Positions 47,410 through 55,840 of a stretch of DNA of 64,000 nt are shown here, piece after piece. The position numbers and the translations under genes were made by a program. How positions within the stretch are numbered: the stretch's first letter is position 1; every line of letters starts with the position of its first letter. The stretch spans positions 35,548 to 99,547 of the forward strand of contig JBCDJG010000008.1 of NCBI GenBank assembly GCA_038748065.1, given 5' to 3'. The DNA comes from Pseudomonadota bacterium (GTDB taxonomy: Bacteria; Pseudomonadota; Gammaproteobacteria; Pseudomonadales; Halieaceae). Below the pieces are notes generated by a model. It was given only the letters and a program-made list of their open reading frames with translations. It searched no databases and had not been told where the DNA came from.

Positions 47410-50400
47410 TGCCTCGAATCCCGTGTGCGAAGTGTATTAGCGCCAAGGCTCATCAAAAGCATAAGTAGCATCAACGTTACAGCTCCCCCAAGCGGAATGG
47501 ATTGCGGCAGGAAGAAGCGACTCAAATCCTCGTTCACGGTGAGGCGCAGCACGTCCTGCCCCCCTTCGTTAACCACCTCAAGCGACGCGGCATCAGGTGG
47601 CGCGCCGATGAAACGGAAGTTCATCCCACTGCCCGAAAGGCCACCGGGATCGGTGCGCAGCACGTCCAGGATCTGCCCCTCTGGGGCGGGATAATTGATC
47701 TGCACAATGACCTCGCCATTGATCGTCGCTGTATTGGCATCAATGGCCGCATAGCGCCCCGGCTGACCCAGGTTCTCGCGCGTGGCCCGCGTTGGTCCTT
47801 CGGCGACCAGCACAATGCGGCCATCCGGGCCAACCTGCAGGTCATCGGTACGAATATAGCTCGGATTCAGTGATGCCTCGGCATCCATCGGCAGGCTGGC
47901 GGGATTCTGCAGGCCAATCTCAAGCAGCGGCGTATCGAGGGCCGCGTTGGTGAGGCCCAGCCGGGCGGTGACCAGGCTATCGGCATTGGTGCCATCATCG
48001 GTATACAGCCCAACCACCACTGACTCGCTAACATCGGCGGTGGTGTCTTCAAGCAGCAGGCGGCCGTCGACTATTGCCACCGCATCATTGTCCTTGAGCT
48101 CCGCCTCGGCGATTTCAACACCCGCTGCGACAAGCGTGCTGCCTGTGATGCTGAGAAGCGCCGTCCCCCGGCCAATCGAAGTTTCCGAAACCTCAACCCG
48201 GCTTACTTTGATCTCATCAACTTCCATCTCGCTATCGGTAAAACTAGCGCGCCCAGTGCCGTCAGTCACACCGCCTTCGGTGTTATCGATTCGCATCAGA
48301 GACAAATCAACGGGCGCAAGAGCGCTGGATTCGATTCGCGAGCGGCTCACGGTCAGTTCCACGAGCGAAGGAAGGACTTGCGCACCTGCGGCTTGCGCTT
48401 CGCAGAGCCCAACCTGAAGTTGAACCGCACCTGAACCTAAGCCGTTGTTGAGAAACAGGGAGTCTTCGACTGTGACGTTGACCACGGCTGATGCCAATCC
48501 GTTCTCACCATCAACGTCCGCGTTAAACAGGTTAATCCCGTCTCCGAAGGTGACATGGCGCAGTTCGGCAGTCGCCGAGGCCTCCGCAGTAGTGTTGGAA
48601 CCAAATGCATCAGGGTCTCCAATTAGCAATTCAGTGTCGAGTGTTACACCAGTCAAACGGACAGTCGCTTGGCTCGATCCCCGCGAGTTCGCCGCGTTCA
48701 TGTTGGCGGACGCAATGACGATTTGGCCTCCGCCGCTGAGAACCGCGTCGTCGTCCACCACCAGCTCAGCAACGGCACTGGCAACCGCGCCCGTGTCAGC
48801 CTCCTCGATCAGAACATAGCCTACGCGAGTGAAATCTCCTGTATCGAACTCACCCCCGCTTACCGTCAGTTGGCCCTCAGCAGTCCCTGGGGAGTAGGCT
48901 GCTCCAATACTCGTGATCCCCGGGTTGGGAACCGGTGGAAGGGGTTCTGTTTCGGAGGAACCTGGAGAGCGGAACGTGGTATCGATCAAGGTGGCGCCGC
49001 CCACTGAGGCACCGCCCCCCGCATAACCTGGGCGCAAGACGCCGATCTGAAGGTTGGCTGTGGGCAGGATTTCAACGCCATCGGTCTGCAGACTGCCGCT
49101 GCCGCCATCCACGCCGATGTCAATTTGATAAGCGTTTAGCGGCTCAGGGGCCGACGCGCCACTCGCCTGGGCTTCGCCGCCATTGTTCACCAAAGCTGGC
49201 TCACCGCCAGAAGGTACTCGGTTACCACTCCAGTTGGCAGGGTTAAACCAGTCATCGCTACCACTATTGGTCCACTCGGCGGTTGATGGGGCACCGGTGA
49301 GTTCGAGAATGTACTTCTCCACGCCTGCATCGACTTCAAAACCCGTGGTCGCCGTGAACCCCGGGTTCAAGTTGCGTAACTCGACCGTGGCAAAATCCCC
49401 GCTCAAGCCATCAGCGCTGGCGCTGTTGATCAGCTCAAAACGTGCCGGGCCCTCGGGAATGAAGTCAAAGTCGACAACCAAGGTGCCATCCAGGGTGGCG
49501 CTGCCGACGTCGATGGCACCGTAGTCCCCACTGGCGTCAAACGATACGCCACCTCGCTTTGTCGAGCCCCCGTTGAGCACCACGGTGGCGCCGGGGCCGA
49601 GGTTCATCGTGTCGAACAGAGACAGCCAATGATCGTTGCGCATGAGCCCGCTGCCTACGCCGCTGCCGTTGCTAAAACCGATATTGATGGTACGGGCGCT
49701 CAGGCCCTCCGCCGTGAGAACTGTTCCGGTCGCATCGCCACTGCCGTTGCTGATGCCGATGTCGATCTGGTCAAAGCGGCCAAAAGAGGCCCGGCCTGAG
49801 CCGGATTGCCGGCTGAGATCAATCACCCCGACCGCAGAACCGCTACCATCGCTGACGCCAATCTGGGCGCTGCCGGTCGCGGCATCAGCACGTAGGAATG
49901 AGTCGCCTGTAAGCTCGCCATCGGCATGACCGGCGCCCGTGGCGACGCCGACGGACAGACTGCGGATATCAACGGAGGACTCCAGCTCGGATACGCGGGC
50001 GGTGGCCTGACCATCCCCACGGCTCACCCCCACCTCCAAGCGATCCAGCCTATCAATATCAAGTGTCGGCACCGCAACGGTCGCATCGGCCTGCCCGGTG
50101 CTCTCAGCGACCCCAAACTGTGCAATGGAAAACCTGGGCAACACTAGTCTCAAGTCTGCAGACTGAACGTTACCGTCGATCATAACGCGCCCGTCAGCAT
50201 CGCCAGCAGCGTTAGAGACCCCCACCCGAAGCGGCGTGCCAGCAACACCTAAATCCAGAATGCTCGCGTCTGTATCGAAGCGCAGCACACCCAGCGAAGC
50301 TGCGGTGCCAGAGTTGGTCACGCCAACGTTGACACCCTCTGTGGCAAGCAAGTCCCGGCTGAAGAAATCGGCAAACAGGACAGCTCCCTCGCCACCATCC

Positions 50401-50681
50401 ACCCCGACAAGTAGGTTGCGCACCGTGACATCAACGGCATTGGCACCAAAAACCGCCGTGCCGCCGTTATTAATCGTGGCGTCCATGCCGGCTGAAGGCA
50501 GCGCGTTAGGTGTCCAATTTAGTGGCGCGAACCAGTCGCCTTCGCCGGGGTTGTTCCATTCCTGCGCGCCGGCCGATGCCGCGGCCAGTGCAGTGAGCAG
50601 CAGTGTGCAAGCACGTTTTGTAATCAGTGTGCGTTTATTTGAGCTTAGTCCAAGTGAGAGAGCGTTCTGAAGAAGAGTCAC
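47406..50681 (-). CDS. Large secreted two-module beta-helix repeat protein with the same C-terminal IPLG-type tag
   Basis: 1091 aa with a GTG start and a signal peptide. The module head is duplicated (EWNNPGEGDWFAPLNWTPNALP.. and EWTNSGSDDWFNPANWSGNRVP..). About 8 periodic (V/I)G(V/I)SNGSGxAxG coils are present. The tail is SIPLGGAVTLMLLMLLMSLGANTLRTRDSRQ. Confidence 0.75.
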   Translation of the reverse strand: MTLLQNALSLGLSSNKRTLITKRACTLLLTALAAASAGAQEWNNPGEGDWFAPLNWTPNALPSAGMDATINNGGTAVFGANAVDVTVRNLLVGVDGGEGAVLFADFFSRDLLATEGVNVGVTNSGTAASLGVLRFDTDASILDLGVAGTPLRVGVSNAAGDADGRVMIDGNVQSADLRLVLPRFSIAQFGVAESTGQADATVAVPTLDIDRLDRLEVGVSRGDGQATARVSELESSVDIRSLSVGVATGAGHADGELTGDSFLRADAATGSAQIGVSDGSGSAVGVIDLSRQSGSGRASFGRFDQIDIGISNGSGDATGTVLTAEGLSARTINIGFSNGSGVGSGLMRNDHWLSLFDTMNLGPGATVVLNGGSTKRGGVSFDASGDYGAIDVGSATLDGTLVVDFDFIPEGPARFELINSASADGLSGDFATVELRNLNPGFTATTGFEVDAGVEKYILELTGAPSTAEWTNSGSDDWFNPANWSGNRVPSGGEPALVNNGGEAQASGASAPEPLNAYQIDIGVDGGSGSLQTDGVEILPTANLQIGVLRPGYAGGGASVGGATLIDTTFRSPGSSETEPLPPVPNPGITSIGAAYSPGTAEGQLTVSGGEFDTGDFTRVGYVLIEEADTGAVASAVAELVVDDDAVLSGGGQIVIASANMNAANSRGSSQATVRLTGVTLDTELLIGDPDAFGSNTTAEASATAELRHVTFGDGINLFNADVDGENGLASAVVNVTVEDSLFLNNGLGSGAVQLQVGLCEAQAAGAQVLPSLVELTVSRSRIESSALAPVDLSLMRIDNTEGGVTDGTGRASFTDSEMEVDEIKVSRVEVSETSIGRGTALLSITGSTLVAAGVEIAEAELKDNDAVAIVDGRLLLEDTTADVSESVVVGLYTDDGTNADSLVTARLGLTNAALDTPLLEIGLQNPASLPMDAEASLNPSYIRTDDLQVGPDGRIVLVAEGPTRATRENLGQPGRYAAIDANTATINGEVIVQINYPAPEGQILDVLRTDPGGLSGSGMNFRFIGAPPDAASLEVVNEGGQDVLRLTVNEDLSRFFLPQSIPLGGAVTLMLLMLLMSLGANTLRTRDSRQ

Positions 50682-50720
50682 AGCCTAGGGCGCCTCGGAT
50701 TGTCGATCACGGTGCGCCTA

Positions 50721-50787
50721 AGTATATTTTCCTGACCCGTTGCAGCGTTTGACGCTGCGTCTCAATTCAGTTGCCGCTGCGTCTCAA
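50721..50787 (-). promoter_or_regulatory. Candidate promoter of the 1091-aa gene: -10-like TATACT (minus strand, 50721-50726) with two perfect 13-bp direct repeats CGCTGCGTCTCAA (50753-50765 and 50775-50787; 22-bp period) over the -35 region
   Basis: Read directly from the sequence in the 152-bp gap between the OmpA-family stop and the 1091-aa start. Confidence 0.35.
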
Positions 50788-50833
50788 AATCGCGCATCCG
50801 AGCGTAATGCCGGCGATGCCGAGCCTATCACGT

Positions 50834-51826
50834 CTACTGAGCGACGATCTCAACGCGGCGATTGAGTGCTCGCCCTTCTTCGCTGTCGTTAGACGCCAGG
50901 GGGGCAGCAGGACCGATGCCAACCGCTCTCAAACGATCTACAGCCACCGCGTGTTCGTTCACCAGCGCATCAACCACCGAGGCTGCGCGCTCGCCCGATA
51001 AGCCCAGGTTGTAGTCATAGGCACCCTGACTGTCGGTATGCCCAACCACCAGCACCTTCAGCTCCGGGCTGTTAACCAGGGCCTTGGCTATTTCTGATAC
51101 GGCGTCCGTCGAGTCGGGGGTGAGGGTGGAACTGTCGAACTCGAACTGTATGCCATAGAGCGATACCGACCCGGTTCTCTGTATCTCATCGAGCATCTCA
51201 TCTGCGGAGACGAAGGTCAGTGTCGGCTCGAAGTCTTCGATCTCCAGAACCTCAAGATGAATCATCGGCTGATTTCTAATCGCCGTCATTCCGGTCACTA
51301 TGTAGGTGCTCAGCATCGAGACATGGTAGAGGGAATCTCCCTTGATGATCGTGCCGTAAAGGTAGACGGGGTCACGATAGTCACTGGGCAGAATGTACAG
51401 CGACAGGCTATTTCTGAAGGTGACAGGAATACGGTTGCTTTCTTCCCAGATGACGCCACGGGCAAGCTTGGTGTGGCAGTCTTTGCGCGAGCAAGACCAG
51501 ATCGGCTCAAACTCACCAAACTCGGCAAAGGCCAGCTCATAGTTGCGCAGGATCTGCAGTGTTGTCTGGTCAGACTGCCCCATATAGATAATGCGCGTGC
51601 GCTTTCCTTCGGGCTGGGAAAGCTTGGGCTTGGCGCCCTCCATCTCAGTGACAAATAGCCCTTGGTCGAACTGTTTGTAGTCATAGCCAACAATGTAGGT
51701 ACCAGTCACGCGAGGCATCTCCGCGTAATCGCTACTACCGGGCATATCGGCATCCTGAGCAGTGGCATAGCCCGATACAACAAACGCCAGAACAAGCGTG
51801 GCTCTTACGGTCTGTATGATATTCAT
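50834..51826 (-). CDS. OmpA-family peptidoglycan-binding protein with N-terminal DUF4892-like domain
   Basis: 330 aa with a signal peptide and a C-terminal OmpA_C motif (LVVGHTDSQGAYDYNLGLSGERAASV ... NRRVEIV). Confidence 0.85.
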   Translation of the reverse strand: MNIIQTVRATLVLAFVVSGYATAQDADMPGSSDYAEMPRVTGTYIVGYDYKQFDQGLFVTEMEGAKPKLSQPEGKRTRIIYMGQSDQTTLQILRNYELAFAEFGEFEPIWSCSRKDCHTKLARGVIWEESNRIPVTFRNSLSLYILPSDYRDPVYLYGTIIKGDSLYHVSMLSTYIVTGMTAIRNQPMIHLEVLEIEDFEPTLTFVSADEMLDEIQRTGSVSLYGIQFEFDSSTLTPDSTDAVSEIAKALVNSPELKVLVVGHTDSQGAYDYNLGLSGERAASVVDALVNEHAVAVDRLRAVGIGPAAPLASNDSEEGRALNRRVEIVAQ

Positions 51827-51882
51827 ACTGTTATCAGTCTCCTCTTCGGTATTTCCAAGCTCGTTTAGCTTGCATGCTGGAA

Positions 51883-54800
51883 CTAGTTTCTCGAAAGCAG
51901 CTGGTTTCTGAAGTTGGGGAAGTAGCGCTCCACCAATTCCAGATCCATATAGTTGGAGAGCCAGGTCTTTGTATTGGCGTCGTAGTACACGTAGTTCTTA
52001 TGTTCGAGCATCTTTTGCATGAAGAAATCGGCGTCAAGCCACCTGCCCCAGCGATCTGGGTCGATCAAGAGACTCTCCCGCCTCAAACTATTCACACCAT
52101 GATTCCCGGTGCTCATCTGGTCAATGATCCTCCCCAGTCCCAACAGGTCTTCGGTTGGAGAGCCAAAATCATGAATTCGATCCAGATCTAGCAGGCCCGC
52201 CTCCCAATACAGCCCCCTGCGAAAGAAATACACATTGCCCAAATGGACGTCCTCCCAGATCAGGTTTGCCTCCGCAAGCTTCTTGAATAACCTGAGCATG
52301 GCGTGCTGGTATGCACGAGGCAGTCTCTTCATCTGAGGATCCAGTCCGGCGATCTGAAATCCCCTCATCACGTAACCACTCGCGCTTGTTTCCGAGCGCA
52401 CGCGCCGATACTTGATGGTCCTGGCGCCATCAGGGAGTCGCTCCTGTAGAGCGAAGACCAGCTCATTTCCCTTAGTGGATCCAAACTTCCTGAGCGTTTG
52501 GCGACCTTTTCCCATAACAGCGAGGTGCGGGATATCTGCCGCGGCCAGCTTCTGGGAGGTTTCAATCGTCTGCTCGACATCCTCAATGGCCTGGTCGGGG
52601 CCCTTTCTGGCTTTATACAGTTTCGCAATGACATCGCGCCGCCCCTGAATCTCATGGACCACCGCGGCAGAACCTTCACCAAGACGAGCGCCAAGCGCCA
52701 GTGATTCTTGTTGACCGCCGGCGGCATTCCTGGCGTCGAGCTGTAGGCCGTCCCCGCTTTCTCCGGGGAACCACAAGGGGCGCTCTGTGGTGATGACTCT
52801 CTCATCATCCAATACCGTACCCATCTCCTTGAAGCGGCTAACCTCCTCATCCCACCACCTCGCGCTATCCAGGTTCCGAAGCTGAATTTCATCCTGCAGG
52901 GCCTGCCCCACTCGCTGCGCCCTCGTCAGCAGACCCTCGGGCAGAAAACGATTGAACGCTGCCTGATCTGCTTCATCGAAGATACTCATGACCGCGATCA
53001 AGCGATCGTGCTCCTCCCGAGTGAGCAGTCGAAATGCATCCAGCCCGCCCGCTTCCACAGTGTCCAGCAGTTGGTTGAGAACCCTGGCGTCATCAATGCT
53101 CTGAATCTGCGCGGGCGTCACTAGCGCCTGTGGAGGCACCGGGATGATGGGCGCAGCCCCGTCGCTGACGGCGGGAAACATGTCCTTTATCGGCGAGCTA
53201 AAATAGGTCAGATTCTTCGCGCTCAACCTGAAGGCCTGGCCAAAGGCGATCGCCTCCGCCGAGAAGCCGATGACACCGGCTGAGATTTCTGCGACCAGCA
53301 TCCAGCCGGGCTTCTGCTTGGCAACAGCATCGTCGAATCGTTCATGCGACAACACGCCCAGCGTGCCCCGCGCAAATCTCACCTCATCTCTCTGGGCGAT
53401 GTATTGACCCCACTTGCGATAGACAGAATCGCTTAGGGCCATACTCTCGCCGATCAGCGCCGCCGCGCGAAGCCCTACAACACCCGAGTTGGCGGCATAG
53501 GGTGTCGTTCTGATCACAAAGGCGACAGCGGGCCCAGAAGCGACAACGGAAAGCCCTGTAATCACAGCGATGACTACATCCTTCTCGGCGTCCTGGAGAT
53601 CATCTGCAAACTGCAGCTCGCTGAGCTTCTGCTCGATGCTGTTCATATGATTCCGGCCCAAATCTTCCGGTACCCACCAGGTGTCATTTCCGATTGTCTC
53701 GAGCCGTACAAGATCAGGAATGATTGGCTTTTTCAGGGGCTCGACATAGGAGCCGATGATCTCCATTAACTCGCGCAGGTCTTCAACATCCGTGCCGGCT
53801 AGCTTCTCTAGAGCATCCCTGACATGACTTTCCAGGGACCTGGCGGCGGCCTGCGCCAGCGTGCTTTTGTCCTGCTCGTATCCCCCAAGGCTTTGCTGTA
53901 CAAACACCTCGGCACTGGCTGCGCCCAGGGTGCTCGCTTCGACGCCGTCGATTTCGATCGGCAGTGAAAAGATGGCTGCGTCTCTGAATCTCAGCGCCGG
54001 GCCAACCGTCTCCTCCCACCATCGATTGGCGGCATCCGGATCTGAGAGCTCACGGCTCTGAGCTTCAAGACCTGCAAGTTGATCCTCCAGCTGATTCATC
54101 AACTCGTCGCGCAGCAAGAGCATCGACGCGTAATCACCCAGGGTCACCATCACGTCTGAATTATTCCAGCTACCGCCCGCATCAATCTCACCGACCAGGC
54201 GCGTGGTGGGCGTGCTCCGATCAACCCGAATCTGCGCCATCCGTCCTGCCTCGGAGAAGGCGTTCCACCAGGAATGATCGACGTCTTCAGGTGCCCTGGT
54301 CACTGCGTAGGCTCTAACGGGCGCAACGATAGGGGTGGACACAGGCAGTGAAACAAAAAGCTCGTATCCGGCGGGTAGATTCAGCGTTTTGTTCGTATCT
54401 GCATTCATTTTCCCAATTACAGCAGCGGGCGAGCGATAGACTTCGCTGCGGAACACAATCCCTTCTGCTCCAGCCACTCGCTTCAGATTCACGCTGGAGC
54501 TGCCCTCTACACTCAGTCGTTCGGCTTGCTCCGCAACCGGGTCCCAGCGGGCTATGCTGACGTCCAAAACGTCTTGATTGATGTCGTGGTCCAGTTCAAC
54601 CTCGAAGGCGAAGTGATCGCTTTCGAAGATCGTATTGAGTGGAATAAACGACCCATCAGGTAACGCGCGCACCACGCGCAAATCGGCATAGGCCGCCGGC
54701 CGATTCGGGGAACGGCCATATACCCAGGTAACGACTTGACCTGCCAGCTTGAACTCATACACGCCGGGCATGGCGCCCTTTCTTGGACTGGCTTCGATTT

Positions 54801-55833
54801 GTACGAGATCAAATTCATTTACCAGGTCAAATGCCGTCTCAACATCGACCCCTCTGGATCGCAGCTTTCCGAAATAGACGTCACTTAATGACTCTCCCCT
54901 CCGCTGCGGCAGCTTGAAAGGGTTTGCCGGTGTGAACGTCGTCAGGATCTCATAGTCCATCCAGCCCGCTTCGAACTCCAGTTCCGGATAACGTGTTAGC
55001 TTGGCGATGCCCTCGCCCATGACATAAAGGATTCTCGGGTCCCTATGCATATTGCTGCGAACTTCCTCGGGCAGGTTGATCACCGCCCCCAAGACCGAGA
55101 TGATCCTCGAGGTACGCCTTCCTTCCACGTCGGGGTAGACGGTGATAACAGGCTCCGAATCCGGCCATTCAATGGCAAGCGGTTCAAACCACGGCGTCAT
55201 ATCCAGCCGGGCCTGCTCGCCACTGACCGGGTCAATCTCGAGTATCTTTGCACTTTTAAGAAAATCATCGAGCTGAGACGGGGAACCGGGCCCGTCTTTG
55301 ACATCGAGCACACCATCCGCGAGCTCTGCCCAGGCTTCCCATGCAAACTCCCGCTCCTCTTGCTTGGCCACGTCCAGGAAGGTGAAAGCGTGAGCCGCAA
55401 GTTCCTCCCGTTGCTGAATGAGCTTGCTCGCGATGTCCCTATAACCCGGCGCTCCCGGCACCTCATCCCGCAGCAAAGCCAGGTAACGTCTGGCGGTGTC
55501 CAACTCAAGCTCCCAGTGCAGCTCGATGACCTCCATGGCAATCTCTTCCTGCTCGGGGGTGACCAGTTGTCCCGCCCCCGGTGCGTCATTTAAGGATGCC
55601 CTGATCGCTGCCAGCTTGCGGTTAGCCTGCTCAAGCGGCCTCATGACTTCCTGGCCTTTCAAGCGACCCTCGAAGTCCCGCTCCCAAATCGATTCCGACC
55701 TCTCCAGATAGGCATCGAACACGTCGACCAGAGTCGGCAGCAGCTTCAAGAGCTCGGCATTGGTAGACTGGGCTGCTGCGGCAGCCGCCAGCCAGAAAAG
55801 CGGTAGAACGAGAACGGCGCGGAAAACGCTCAC
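51883..55833 (-). CDS. 1316-aa envelope protein: signal peptide, unrecognised domain of about 730 aa, TM segments, C-terminal protein-kinase-like (APH/choline/Kdo-kinase type) domain
   Basis: GTG start with the signal MSVFRAVLVLPLFWLAAAAAAQS. The hydrophobic segments DVVIAVITGLSVVASGPAVAFVI and GWMLVAEISAGVIGFSAEAIAFG map to nt 53239-53580. The C-terminal motifs are LGEGSAAVV, VIAKLYK, WEDVHLGNVYF and LLDLDRI. Confidence 0.65.
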   Translation of the reverse strand: MSVFRAVLVLPLFWLAAAAAAQSTNAELLKLLPTLVDVFDAYLERSESIWERDFEGRLKGQEVMRPLEQANRKLAAIRASLNDAPGAGQLVTPEQEEIAMEVIELHWELELDTARRYLALLRDEVPGAPGYRDIASKLIQQREELAAHAFTFLDVAKQEEREFAWEAWAELADGVLDVKDGPGSPSQLDDFLKSAKILEIDPVSGEQARLDMTPWFEPLAIEWPDSEPVITVYPDVEGRRTSRIISVLGAVINLPEEVRSNMHRDPRILYVMGEGIAKLTRYPELEFEAGWMDYEILTTFTPANPFKLPQRRGESLSDVYFGKLRSRGVDVETAFDLVNEFDLVQIEASPRKGAMPGVYEFKLAGQVVTWVYGRSPNRPAAYADLRVVRALPDGSFIPLNTIFESDHFAFEVELDHDINQDVLDVSIARWDPVAEQAERLSVEGSSSVNLKRVAGAEGIVFRSEVYRSPAAVIGKMNADTNKTLNLPAGYELFVSLPVSTPIVAPVRAYAVTRAPEDVDHSWWNAFSEAGRMAQIRVDRSTPTTRLVGEIDAGGSWNNSDVMVTLGDYASMLLLRDELMNQLEDQLAGLEAQSRELSDPDAANRWWEETVGPALRFRDAAIFSLPIEIDGVEASTLGAASAEVFVQQSLGGYEQDKSTLAQAAARSLESHVRDALEKLAGTDVEDLRELMEIIGSYVEPLKKPIIPDLVRLETIGNDTWWVPEDLGRNHMNSIEQKLSELQFADDLQDAEKDVVIAVITGLSVVASGPAVAFVIRTTPYAANSGVVGLRAAALIGESMALSDSVYRKWGQYIAQRDEVRFARGTLGVLSHERFDDAVAKQKPGWMLVAEISAGVIGFSAEAIAFGQAFRLSAKNLTYFSSPIKDMFPAVSDGAAPIIPVPPQALVTPAQIQSIDDARVLNQLLDTVEAGGLDAFRLLTREEHDRLIAVMSIFDEADQAAFNRFLPEGLLTRAQRVGQALQDEIQLRNLDSARWWDEEVSRFKEMGTVLDDERVITTERPLWFPGESGDGLQLDARNAAGGQQESLALGARLGEGSAAVVHEIQGRRDVIAKLYKARKGPDQAIEDVEQTIETSQKLAAADIPHLAVMGKGRQTLRKFGSTKGNELVFALQERLPDGARTIKYRRVRSETSASGYVMRGFQIAGLDPQMKRLPRAYQHAMLRLFKKLAEANLIWEDVHLGNVYFFRRGLYWEAGLLDLDRIHDFGSPTEDLLGLGRIIDQMSTGNHGVNSLRRESLLIDPDRWGRWLDADFFMQKMLEHKNYVYYDANTKTWLSNYMDLELVERYFPNFRNQLLSRN

Positions 55834-55840
55834 AGCCCGT

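Noticed and set aside
46643-47440. 265-aa plus-strand ORF rich in Pro/Ser/Thr
   Set aside because: It is the antisense reading of the Gly-rich (GGN) repeat gene 46216-47409. It is low-complexity and has no start context. The minus-strand frame has a signal peptide, periodic repeats and a sorting-type tail.
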